DNA of 62,764 nucleotides, the filler included. It is 23 parts of 23 records of this genome, joined end to end, with 100 filler letters (N's around TTAATTAATTAA, not from the genome) between each part and the next. Parts side by side here need not be neighbours in the genome. Positions count along the whole stretch, not along the records: positions 10,526 to 12,607 come from SRR36015645_202697; positions 12,708 to 15,007 come from SRR36015645_204135; positions 15,108 to 20,350 come from SRR36015645_209636; positions 20,451 to 22,613 come from SRR36015645_212238; positions 22,714 to 25,068 come from SRR36015645_215964; 18 more parts are not named here. One strand, given 5' to 3'. Both the position numbers and the translations under genes were made by a program. Below the pieces are notes generated by a model. The model was not told the DNA's origin and searched no databases. It was given only the letters and a program-made list of their open reading frames with translations. Positions 12,178 through 22,809 of the stretch are shown in pieces (positions within the stretch are counted from its first letter, which is position 1; every line of letters starts with the position of its first letter).

Positions 12178-13258
12178 TCACAATAATAATAATCACAATA
12201 ATGTGGACTTTTAATGTAGTTTTGTTATGATGTCATTTAATTGGTAAAAGTACAATTTTCAGCGTACAATAATTTCTTTTTTTTACCTGTTTTAAGCGTT
12301 TCATTTGATAACTATGCAAGTTACAACTATTAAAAAAGCTTTTTGAAAGAATTCCTTATTATTTACATAATAAATATGTGAGTGACATACCCAAACCCCA
12401 TAGGTTCACATTTTTGTTCAAAAATTACGTTTTCGCTCCACCGAAATGTGGAGAATGTTGGATTATTGCGTCAAAATGATGTCAAAACACCAAACTGATG
12501 TCAGAATTGGACTCCTCATGGTTGATTTACCTAGAAAAGTGTATTTACACATGAATATAGGTGCTCTGGTTCAAAAGTTAATTTTTCAAGATGGCGGCGG
12601 CGGCCATNNNNNNNNNNNNNNNNNNNNNNNNNNNNNNNNNNNNNNNNNNNNTTAATTAATTAANNNNNNNNNNNNNNNNNNNNNNNNNNNNNNNNNNNNN
12701 NNNNNNNTACTCTTAAAAAGTACTACATGTATATATACTCTGTGTGTGAAAATATGGCGTGAGCAGACACTTGTATTTCATGTCATGTACTAAAAATTAC
12801 CACGCAACTCGACTAGTTGCCAAAAAATGAATGTATATTACATTTATTGCATTGGCATCACCTGATTTGACTTCAATTTACAAACGCATTCTATTTGACA
12901 ATAATATAAAACTGGTTACAATGGGATAAATATTTACATTTTACATATTAACTGGCAATGGCAGACATGCAAACTGGAACGTGTGCCCAACATGCAGAAA
13001 CACGTAATGGTACCAGACATTACATGTACACCTGTACGTACACAGCTCCCAGTATATGTGTAGCAAAAGTATAAACATTTAATATAGGATATCAAATTGT
13101 GTTTTAAATATTCTTACAGCTCCAAAAATCATAAGCAGAACATTGTGAACACTGTGAACATATAGGCTATCCCAACATGTTGCAGGCAAAACATAACTTA
13201 TCATAATGGTAAAATGTATGTGAATTTTTTGAAACTGGGTTTCGTTACATTTACATAC

Positions 13259-14885
13259 CTGGCAGCCATTAGCTTGTCTTCTACTGTCATGGCCATTTCC
13301 ATTTCTCCGCTTTGGAGTTCCTTCCAATTTGGCCGCGTGGTATAGGCCTCCACTGTCAGCTCCTTTACTTCAGCAGGCCTCCGCTTATTGAAAAGGATCG
13401 ATCGGCACATGGAATATTTTGCTAGTTCCAGCCAAACAGACGCTGTCGGTTCCCTCCTCAGAAGCATCATTAGCTCATTGATCCTGTTAACAATGAAATT
13501 CCTCAGTTTGACCAAATCTTCGGTCACTGGTATTGTCTTCACCTTCTGCCTCTTCATTTTGTTGATCTTCATTGTGCCAACAGCGTTGACACGGTATCTC
13601 CACTCTGCCTCCATTAGCTTTTGTTCACCTCGAACTTCCTTGTACTTTTTGTCATCATCGCAACGAATGGCAAGACCTAATTTTGCCATTAAAACATGGC
13701 CTATCATGTGGCCCAAGTTTTTGCCGAGGTTTAAAGGAGAATCTTCCCCCTTGTAGGCCATCTCTTTTGTGACGGACACCATCAGATCGAAGTTTGCTGG
13801 TTCCACCAGCTCATCTAACGTTAAAAATGGCTTCCTTATTCTGGCTTCTTTAAGCAGTCGTGCTAATGTCCTGGCTCCTTGGCTCACCCTATGCATATCA
13901 TTGACTTTTTGATCTTCCGGATCTCCTAGTGCCTCCACTCGCAGAGCAGAATAACGCTTTATTAGTCGGTCGTTTATGACGATCTGCTTGATTTCATCAT
14001 CACGCATCCTATCTAGCATCTGTGCCACTATTTCTTCCGCTTTTTCAAGCAACGCACTGTGAATTAGTGCCTTGCTTCTCCTTATAGCATTGGATATTCT
14101 GACATCTTCTGAATCTCCATCATCTTCGTCTTCCATGTTTTCAGACGACAAATTGTATGAACGATGTACAACGCAGTTTTTTATGTGATGCCACAAAAAC
14201 GTTTTGATCAAAAATTTCAGACAATGTTCGCAAGGCAGATAGTCCTGGAGTTCATGTCCGGGGCCTTCGCAACCATAACCAGTACGTCGAGCAACAACGA
14301 GATCTCCCTTGCGTGACTTCAAGACTTTTATGTTGTGCTTGAAGTTGCCTTCGTTGGCCAGCAACTCCAAGGCAACTTTTCTTTCAGTTGACTGTGGTTC
14401 CATCATCCTTATGTGTGCCGTACATGCCTTGTACTTGCAGTTATTCAACAAATGTCTTGAGATTTTTTGCTGCCCTGTACCACAGTATGTACAGTAATTT
14501 GTTTTGTCATATGAGTTTTTGCAATCTTGTTTTGTTTTTGATTTGGGAACAACGCCAAAAAATCCCTCCTGGGCAACCATCAGTTTCGCTGCAATATTGG
14601 CTTCATGTAGTGGACGTCGATAATGGATAGTAGGCCTATCTGTATTTGACTGTTCATTACCCTCTGTTGCCGTCGGTGCAGTGAGGATATCATGGTCGGT
14701 GGAGTGAACATCTGTATTTGACGTTTCTTTATCCTTTGTTTCCATCGGTGCAGTGAGGCCTGTATGAACCTCTTGGTCTGCGTGCTCAAAAGAATGGGAA
14801 TTCTCTGATGCAGACTCATCCGATGTCACATTTTCGCTTGGCATGTACGAATGGTCATCACTATCTTCATCTTCATGAAATGATT
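13259..14885 (-). CDS. Exon of a Crypton-like tyrosine-recombinase transposon protein
   Basis: Zn motifs CTYC...RHL and CEHC...WHH...C, GNFKHN, and ILFNKRRPAEV (first catalytic Arg box). Acceptor ttattttag at 14886-14887 and donor AG|GTATGT at 13258. The H-x-x-R and Tyr part would lie in a later exon not identified here. Confidence 0.62.
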
Positions 14886-15108
14886 CTAAAATAAATACAT
14901 TATCCCTGTTTGGATTACAATTTTCTAATGCATATAATACGTGTATTATAAATAAGTATATGTGCATCTTATCCGAAGCATTCAGCTGCAATTATCCACA
15001 GAGGATTNNNNNNNNNNNNNNNNNNNNNNNNNNNNNNNNNNNNNNNNNNNNTTAATTAATTAANNNNNNNNNNNNNNNNNNNNNNNNNNNNNNNNNNNNN
15101 NNNNNNNT

Positions 15109-18100
15109 GTCATAATAGACAACAGACCTGAGCTTCTTACTTCTGTATATGAACGTTATCTTGATATTTGTTCGTCATCCGCAGAAACACCCAGGGGAAG
15201 TGCATTCAGCCTCTCTAGGACATTGATGAGTCACTTCAAAGGGCGCCTAAAGATACAGTGTCCTCTCGGGAAAAAGCTTGGAAATATCATATATAGTGCT
15301 GAAACCGAAGATAATGCAATTCGTGATGTATATGATTACATATCTACTGATGAGAGAACCATTGCCAAAGCAGCATTGCTTTTGCGCAACCAGTTGCTTA
15401 AGGTTGAAAAGGTCGACCTTCCTGAATGTCCGACATTGGAGGATTTGAGAAACGGGGACTCGTCACCCCCAAAACTTGTAGTAGATTTTTTCAATATTTT
15501 GTACGGGGGGCTAAAATCAGAGCTATATACAGAGTCAGTAAAGCGCCGTGCATATTCATCTAGTCAGGATGCCTTGTTCATTGTACAACGGGGGCGCGCA
15601 AAACCTGCAAAACATGTAGCTCTTGGTATGGGTGTTAAGTCGGTTACTGGCAGTAAAAAATTGGTTCAAGTTCTGAACAGGTTTGGTCATTGCTTAAACT
15701 ACAACACATTGGAAGAAGTTGAAACTGCCACAGCTGAATCCATTCAGCAACAGAAGCTTGCTTGTCCAAAAGGCACAGTCGTAGGTAAACCAGTTGGATT
15801 AGCCTTCGACAATTTCGATGAGATGACTCAAACTCTGTCTGGAGCCAATTCGCTGCACGATACCATGGGTATTCTGTACCAAAATGTGCCAGCACCTGAT
15901 GAAGAACGTGAAGCATCTGCTGTCGTGGCAGTTTCAACCTCATCCAGTGGTCAGCAAGTAAAGACAGGAAAAAGGAAGAGAACCCTTGAGAGCACAGATA
16001 CTGCACTCCAACCATATAGGAAGATACCAAAAATGACGAAGTTCGGTTACCAAAACACTGCAGTCTACAGCCTTCCAGATGTTAGCAACAAGGCTCGCCA
16101 CCGTGACCTCCTGTGGATGATGAGCCATGCCGTTGGCAATGATGTATCGCCTATGTGGGTTGGATTTAATGCAAGCACTTGCAGTGACCACCTTCCAAAA
16201 CAAGAGGTTCGGTATATGCCAAACCTACGCCAGCCTATCACCAGCCTAGAGGTCGTGCAGGAGACTCTCCTCATTACGCAGAGGTGTGCTAATGAGACGG
16301 GACAGAAATACGGAATAGTCAGTTATGACCTTGGCGCAGCCAAGCCAGCACTACGAATACAGGCGACTGAGAAACCTAAATTTGATGACATTTTTATAAT
16401 GTTAGGCCCGTTTCACATCGAAATGGCTTTCTTCAAGGCTATTGGAAAACTCCTGTCCAACTCTGGAGGACCAGAAATGCTGACTGAATCTGAGGTACTT
16501 GCATCCGGATCCTTAAATGGATTTTTGACGGGTAAGCATTTCAACAGGTGCAAGAGACTGCACCCCATACTAGCCCTTGCTCTTGAGATGCTACACTTCT
16601 CATCCTTCTTAGACTCTTACCCGGACAGAGAAGAAACAGAAGAATTGATAAGCAGCTTTCAACTAACCATAGGAGAGCAGCTTCAGTCTGCTCTAGACTC
16701 CGATGTCTTCAAAGCATGCACAGCCGCATATGAAGCATATACCCAAGTGACAAGATCTGGGGGCCATGGTGCAACCGCCCAGTTTTGGAGAATGTATATT
16801 GATTATATTCATGAATACCACGAGCTCGAACGGGCCATTCGAACAAATGATATCGATCTCTACACATACTCACTGACCGGACTCATTGGACTGTTCTTTG
16901 CCACAAACCACGTAAATTACAGTCGGTGGCTGACAAAGTTCCAACTAGATTTGATGAACATGGAAGATAGCCATCCTGGCCTACGTCAAATACTTGAAGC
17001 AGGCGTCTTTACTGTCCGACGAACAGAACATCCATTCAGCAGATGCCCGGTCGACTTGACTCTAGAACAGACGATTAACGCGGATGCAGCTTCAAGACTA
17101 ACTGGAATCACTTCTTCCACGAATAATTATGCGGCCCGACTTCGCTGGATGCTTACTAAATCCACTAGAGCTTCATTTGTCAGTCTACTCCACGAAATGG
17201 CTGGGCTGCTAGCAAAAGAAGACACAACTGCTGAACTGAGACCTGCACGAATAAAACGTGACGACAGAGATGTGAAAACCGTGGTACAACAAATTCAGGA
17301 TAGTTGCAATCCGTTTGGGAACGAAACTGATGCAGATACCAAGTTGTACAACATCCATACAGGAAGGGCAACTAGTGAAACCATCAGCAAAAGTTTACTG
17401 AATGTGCCAGCAAGTGGAAGGACATTGCACCAGGCATTCATCACAGCATGCGAGGCCGATGACAGTAAATTTGAACAACCCATAAGAAAAGCACCTCTCA
17501 AGACATTCGTAGACGAATGTGCCAGAAATAGACGAACGCCGGATAAGAAAGTTGCAGTTCTGAAGTGTACCCGGGATTTGATGGGCCGCCTAGTAATCCT
17601 TGCATCAAAGCGTGATATTGACCTGCAGCATATCTTCCAATATCCCCTTACACCAGTACCACTCACGATGTGCAATCCTGATGAGAGCATGGTCAAGACA
17701 GATAAAAGTAAGTTGCTGCACTTACTGGAGAGCAAGGAGATCAAAGGAGACGCACCTCAACAAATCAGTGCATACGTAGTAGATGGACAATATCTTCTGC
17801 ACACCCTACCTCCAAACATACCACCCACTTATGGAGGTCTAGCGAGGAGCATACTCTACCAAGTTTTGTCTTTGTCCAAAGTCCGGGTACACATAGCCTT
17901 TGATGATTACCCTCAACGGTCACTGAAGGATGCAGAAAGAGTCAGACGGGGAACAACAGCCGAGGACAGCAGATCCTACATTATTAGTGGTCCAGCACAA
18001 AGAAGGCCCAACGATATCAGCAAAGCGCTAACGTCAAGATCATTCAAACGGGAACTTCCTGATTTTCTTGCAAGAGAATGGCAGGATCAAGCATATGCTC

Positions 18101-19053
18101 GTATACTTGGAACCTGCGATGTATTCCTAGACGTTCCGTCAGGCCAGTGCTTCCATTTCCACGTGAGCGAAGGAGAGGTCAAGCGTGAGACTGTTGACAT
18201 CCTCACTAACAACCATGAAGAGGCAGATACCAAGATCTGCATGCACGCAAAGGCAGCAGATACATCGACTGGAAATATCGTAATACGGGCTTCAGACACC
18301 GACATAGCAGTTATTCTGCTGTACCACTGTGAAAAATTCAGTGGCCACATCTGGATGGATGTCGGAACTACATCGAAGCATAATCGGAGGTTCATTGACC
18401 TAACAGCGATTTCCAAGTCACTGGGGCCACAGCTCTGCAGTTCCCTCCCTGCCTTCCATGCCTTTACCGGCTCGGATTACACCACAGCGTTTGTAAGAAA
18501 GGGCAAGGTAAGGCCCTTTAATCAGCTGGAAAATAATCCCCATGCACAGCAAGCTTTCAAAGCTTTGTCAACAGATGGACAGCAAAGCGAGAAATGCATA
18601 GAAACACTCTTCAAATTCACTGCTATAATGTATGGAGCCAAAGAGAAGTCTAACGTAACGTTAAATGGCCACAGGTTCAAGACATTTGAAAGAATTTACA
18701 AGCCCAAGTTAAGAGGAAAGAACCCACTCGAAAAGCTGAAGGGAGCTGATGCCAGTGGTATTCCTCCATGTGAACGAGAGGTTGCTGCCCACATAAAGAG
18801 AGTTTCTTTTGTTTCAAGAATGTGGGCGAATGCTGACCAGCCAATCATCCAGCAACACCCTTCAGAGGATGAAGGATGGGAACTAGTGGGTGATCAATAT
18901 AGACCCATCTGGTTTGAGGGAGACCAACTTCCGAAGTCGCTCGTTCCAGATGAAGAAGACTTAGCTGATGCTGACGATGACGAGGTCTTAGAGCAGTCAT
19001 CATCTGATGAAGAGGACCTTGAAGGAGACGTTGATGATGGTGTTGATGTGTAG
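15109..19053 (+). CDS. AcademX-like transposase (putative DDE core plus XPG/PIN-like nuclease), 5'-truncated
   Basis: About 1300 open codons. Putative DDE motifs AFDNFD, SYDLG, LGPFHIEM, DLTLEQTIN; nuclease motifs VVDGQ, AFDDY, HEEADT, SDTDIAV, HAFTGSDYT...KGK; acidic tail. Confidence 0.8.
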   Translation, partial: VIIDNRPELLTSVYERYLDICSSSAETPRGSAFSLSRTLMSHFKGRLKIQCPLGKKLGNIIYSAETEDNAIRDVYDYISTDERTIAKAALLLRNQLLKVEKVDLPECPTLEDLRNGDSSPPKLVVDFFNILYGGLKSELYTESVKRRAYSSSQDALFIVQRGRAKPAKHVALGMGVKSVTGSKKLVQVLNRFGHCLNYNTLEEVETATAESIQQQKLACPKGTVVGKPVGLAFDNFDEMTQTLSGANSLHDTMGILYQNVPAPDEEREASAVVAVSTSSSGQQVKTGKRKRTLESTDTALQPYRKIPKMTKFGYQNTAVYSLPDVSNKARHRDLLWMMSHAVGNDVSPMWVGFNASTCSDHLPKQEVRYMPNLRQPITSLEVVQETLLITQRCANETGQKYGIVSYDLGAAKPALRIQATEKPKFDDIFIMLGPFHIEMAFFKAIGKLLSNSGGPEMLTESEVLASGSLNGFLTGKHFNRCKRLHPILALALEMLHFSSFLDSYPDREETEELISSFQLTIGEQLQSALDSDVFKACTAAYEAYTQVTRSGGHGATAQFWRMYIDYIHEYHELERAIRTNDIDLYTYSLTGLIGLFFATNHVNYSRWLTKFQLDLMNMEDSHPGLRQILEAGVFTVRRTEHPFSRCPVDLTLEQTINADAASRLTGITSSTNNYAARLRWMLTKSTRASFVSLLHEMAGLLAKEDTTAELRPARIKRDDRDVKTVVQQIQDSCNPFGNETDADTKLYNIHTGRATSETISKSLLNVPASGRTLHQAFITACEADDSKFEQPIRKAPLKTFVDECARNRRTPDKKVAVLKCTRDLMGRLVILASKRDIDLQHIFQYPLTPVPLTMCNPDESMVKTDKSKLLHLLESKEIKGDAPQQISAYVVDGQYLLHTLPPNIPPTYGGLARSILYQVLSLSKVRVHIAFDDYPQRSLKDAERVRRGTTAEDSRSYIISGPAQRRPNDISKALTSRSFKRELPDFLAREWQDQAYARILGTCDVFLDVPSGQCFHFHVSEGEVKRETVDILTNNHEEADTKICMHAKAADTSTGNIVIRASDTDIAVILLYHCEKFSGHIWMDVGTTSKHNRRFIDLTAISKSLGPQLCSSLPAFHAFTGSDYTTAFVRKGKVRPFNQLENNPHAQQAFKALSTDGQQSEKCIETLFKFTAIMYGAKEKSNVTLNGHRFKTFERIYKPKLRGKNPLEKLKGADASGIPPCEREVAAHIKRVSFVSRMWANADQPIIQQHPSEDEGWELVGDQYRPIWFEGDQLPKSLVPDEEDLADADDDEVLEQSSSDEEDLEGDVDDGVDV

Positions 19054-19144
19054 GTTTACAATCGACCAAACCTGTTCGGACGATTATATTCAGTCCATAT
19101 CCAAACCATCCCGACAATGCAATTGTCAGCAGAGATGAAAGTTA

Positions 19145-19399
19145 ATGTGTGACCTACCAAATCAAAACCCACATAAAGTCGGAACAAATCCAAGTGAAAC
19201 TCGGGCGCAGTGATGCTCTTTTGAGTGCTTCAACCATTGTGAATTTTCACCAAAAGGTGATGTAACTGCCAGCACGCAGTTCCATTGCCTTTTGGTGAAG
19301 TTTCATAACGGTTGAAGCACTAAAAGGGCATCACTGCACTCGAATTTCACTCCAATTTTTTCCGATTTTATGTGGGTTTTGATTTGGTAGATCACATAT
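19145..19399. repeat. Long imperfect palindrome 1 (~250 nt)
   Basis: Arms tgtgacctaccaaatcaaaacccacataaa... and ...tttatgtgggttttgatttggtagatcaca, about 85% complementary, 6-nt loop at 19270-19275. Confidence 0.95.
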
Positions 19400-19644
19400 G
19401 TTAGGAATATTGGATAAAACATAAATACAATCAATGTGATTATCCGCAATAAAACAGCAATAATGTTAATAGATACAATTATAATACATACATGCACCAT
19501 CCTTTGCCATTAGGTATTAATTTTGATAACATTGACATTTTGTTGAATTAATAATTTTTTTTGTTCCAAGCATTTAGATTTAATTGTTGATAGTATCCTA
19601 CCTGCGGTAGAGCCAGGACGCCAATTTACTACATTCTTATCTAT

Positions 19645-19895
19645 GTACGCGACCTGGCAGGGCAAAATCGGGTTTATGACGGCCCATTTCCGTAAAGAAA
19701 TGGAGAGCAACGGAACTGTTGTGTTTGCTTCAGCCATTGTGAAACAGCACCAAACGGCAGTGGAACTACCGGCAGTTCCACTACCTTTTGGTGCTGTTTC
19801 ACAACAGTTAAAGCAACCAACAAGGTGCCTTTAACCTCACTTTTTGGGGGCTCTGGGCCGCCATTAACCCGATTTTGCCCTGACTGGTCACTTAC
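19645..19895. repeat. Long imperfect palindrome 2 (~250 nt), homologous to palindrome 1
   Basis: Arms gacctggcagggcaaaatcgggtt... and ...aacccgattttgccctgactggtc, centre at 19770/19771. Confidence 0.93.
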
Positions 19896-20071
19896 TAAGT
19901 ATATAGGGCCTATATGATCTGATTTTGAAGCATAATTCATGCATAATATACTAAGTGCATTTTTGCGTACATGTAGTTTATAAAAAACATTGTGTTTGTA
20001 TACAATCTATGTTTGTCCTTTTTCTCGGTGTGGATAGTGTTGACACATTACCAGGGTGGGTGGGTCTCAAA

Positions 20072-20350
20072 GAGTACATTTTGCATTCTTAAGTGGGTTA
20101 ATGCAAGAAATGGATACTTAAGATTTGCTGTTCTTGATTCGCAATGATCTATTGAACAGTTTGATACCAATTTGGAAGATGTACTCATATTGTGAATTAA
20201 CACGCACCTTGCCAGGGACGTGCCAGGAACGGGGCCAATGAGTACATTTTGCGTTCTTAAGTGGGTTAATACATTAAATGGATACTTAAGAATTGCTGTT
20301 CTTGATTCGCAATGATCTACTGAACAGTTTGAGACCAATTTGAAAGATGT
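20072..20350. repeat. Direct repeat with 168-nt period, probably subterminal to the Academ element
   Basis: gagtacattttgc...ttaagtgggttaat...gattcgcaatgatcta...aagatgt at 20072 and 20240; cut by the contig end. Confidence 0.9.
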
Positions 20351-20450
20351 NNNNNNNNNNNNNNNNNNNNNNNNNNNNNNNNNNNNNNNNNNNNTTAATT
20401 AATTAANNNNNNNNNNNNNNNNNNNNNNNNNNNNNNNNNNNNNNNNNNNN

Positions 20451-22479
20451 TGAGGCGGAGTGGAAGGATGTGTCCGCGGCGGAGATGGCGGAGACGCTGC
20501 GACAGTTACAAGAGCAAAAAGCAAAGGAAGAGATCGCGCGGCAAATTAAGGACATTAAAGATAGTAACAGGCCAGAGGACATTAACATTAATGTGTTACG
20601 TTCACTAAGGGATGAGGCGGCATACAGGCTAGATAAGGATCCAGTGCTGGGCGGTTCCAGGGAACGGTTATTCGGCAACGCTGATGCGGGTAGGCATGTT
20701 AACTTTTTTCCTGATGGAATATCCCGAGATGCTAGCAGGCATGCCAGATCGGGTATAGTTTTAAAAACTCATGACGTTATCAAGAACCAACAGTACTATC
20801 CCCAACAGTTTCTTGTCTATGAAGAAAAGTGCGTTGAATTTTTCGACCTCTCGATGCCCCAGTTTGTTTCCGGGTACATGAATATATTGCAAACGGCCGA
20901 TATTGGCACTGAAGAGCGTGAAGCTCGTATTGCTCACTTGTCCAAGCTTATGTTCTATGCTCAGTCCCATCCTTGGAATGTTATTCTGAACCTACACAAG
21001 TCTGTCGTGTATGCGGTGGAATCAGGTCGCAAGACCTGGGCGGATTCATTTGCGGACATTGAAAATGCTATCCTTCTCAGTACCATTAACAGAAATGGAA
21101 CAAGTGGCAGTCAGGTTAGGGTCAGTGGGGCATACCAGAAGAAATCTGATGATTCAAAACCATTTTGGTGCTTTAATTTTCAGAAAGGTAGTTGCATTGT
21201 CAATTCCAAGGTTCATTCACAGAGAATAGCTGGTGTACAGCGACAAGTGTCTCACATTTGTCGTACGTGCCTTCAAAACGATAATGAGAAAGCCTGGCAT
21301 CCTGAATCCTCAGATTCTTGTCCGTACAAAAAGAAAGGGGTCAGGTCTTCTAGTCGACTAGAGGATTCTGATGACAGGATTCTCAACTCTAAAAATTCAA
21401 GCAATAATTGTGTGAATAATGAATGTTGTGTAGAGACCAAACCACCGTTAAAGCAACACAATGATCACGGCATGCATGACAGACGTGTGTACATTAATGA
21501 TTTCGCAGAAAGTGTTCAAAATATTTATTGTTGCATGAAAATTTTTGTAGTATTGCAGGTCCTTGTGATTATAATTTGCACAAGCATGTTGTTGACAGAT
21601 AGGGTTGCATATTTCCCGGATAATACCGTTAATTATTCTGGTCTTAGGACCGACGGTACTAAGCTTAGTTGTAAGGGTATCTCAGATGCGCAGTTAGAAG
21701 TTGATAGGGGGCATGTTGCCCAATGCAATTCAGTAATGATGGGCGATTATAATCCGGATTATTTGTTTTTTCAAATGAGCACGCAATCGAATATGTGTAC
21801 AAGAGAAAACAGTAAGCGCCGGAGTTTTATTGTTACTGATGTAAGGTCGGTACCGGTTAATCTTTTTTATCCGGATATTGCCTTCCAACCGACTACCGTG
21901 CCTATTTTCACCGCAGACTCTTACATTGATATAGGGAATGCAGTTTTACGCTCGGGTAAGCCCAATTATCAGGGCTTGCGAATTCCTTTAGCTACTAGTT
22001 TAGACATTAGTCTTTGGAGATCTTTGTTAACTGACTTTGATTACCATGATTTTGAGATATGCGAATTTTTAGAATTCGGTTTTCCGATTGGTTACAATTA
22101 TAGATTTCTCCCTCAGAGTAGCGGTGTCCAAAACTACATTGGGGCTACGCAGTATTCTTCTGCTATCGACAGTTATATAAGCGAAGAATTGAATGAAAAG
22201 GCTATCATTGGGCCTTTTGATAGCAACCCTTTCATTATTGAGGCAGTGACTTCACCATTAAATACCGTTCCTAAGAGTGAATCGAAGCGTCGTATTATAT
22301 TAGATTTGAGCGCTCCTAGCGAGAATGGGTTATCAGTTAATGAGGGTATTCCCAGAGATACATACTTAGGACTTAAGTTTAAGCTTTGTTTACCTACCTT
22401 TTCTGAATTTTCAGATTTATTAGTTTTCAAAGGTAGGGGTAGTTACATTTGGAAAGTTGATTTAATAGAGTCGGCATAA
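20451..22479 (+). mobile_element. DIRS/Ngaro-like retrotransposon fragment: gag-like region and N-terminal RT in one frame, ending at a stop
   Basis: Gag-like region with CFNFQKGSC...H...HICRTC...H...C. RT-side motifs PNYQGLRIPL, FLEFGFP, GPF, SPLNTVPK, RRIILDLS, SVNEGI, WKVDL. The frame stops where DLxxAY is expected. Confidence 0.78.
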
Positions 22480-22547
22480 TAGAGTCGGATTTCACTGGTG
22501 TTCAACGGCGCAAAGCCACTTTGTTTTAAACAATAATAAAAGAGTTG

Positions 22548-22613
22548 ATAGTGTACTACTATAGTACATAGTGTACTACTATATTACATAGTGTACTACT
22601 ATAATACATAGTG
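22548..22613. repeat. 20-nt minisatellite, 3+ copies
   Basis: (atagtgtactactataNtac)n running to the contig end. Confidence 0.92.
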
Positions 22614-22809
22614 NNNNNNNNNNNNNNNNNNNNNNNNNNNNNNNNNNNNNNNNNNNNTTAATTAATTAANNNNNNNNNNNNNNNNNNNNNNNNNNNNNNN
22701 NNNNNNNNNNNNNCAGGCACAGAACTTTTTTTCACATCTTGTGTTTGATAACAACAGTTATATAATACTTTATACGGTAGTAGAGTTTAACAACATTACT
22801 GTATTATAG

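Noticed and set aside
10528-19053. Nuclease-recombinase-nuclease gene cluster as a defence or mobile system
   Set aside because: The three ORFs are on three separate contigs divided by spacers.
19510-19940. Short ORFs sharing VELPxVPLPFGAVSQ on both strands
   Set aside because: A by-product of palindrome 2, not evidence of coding.
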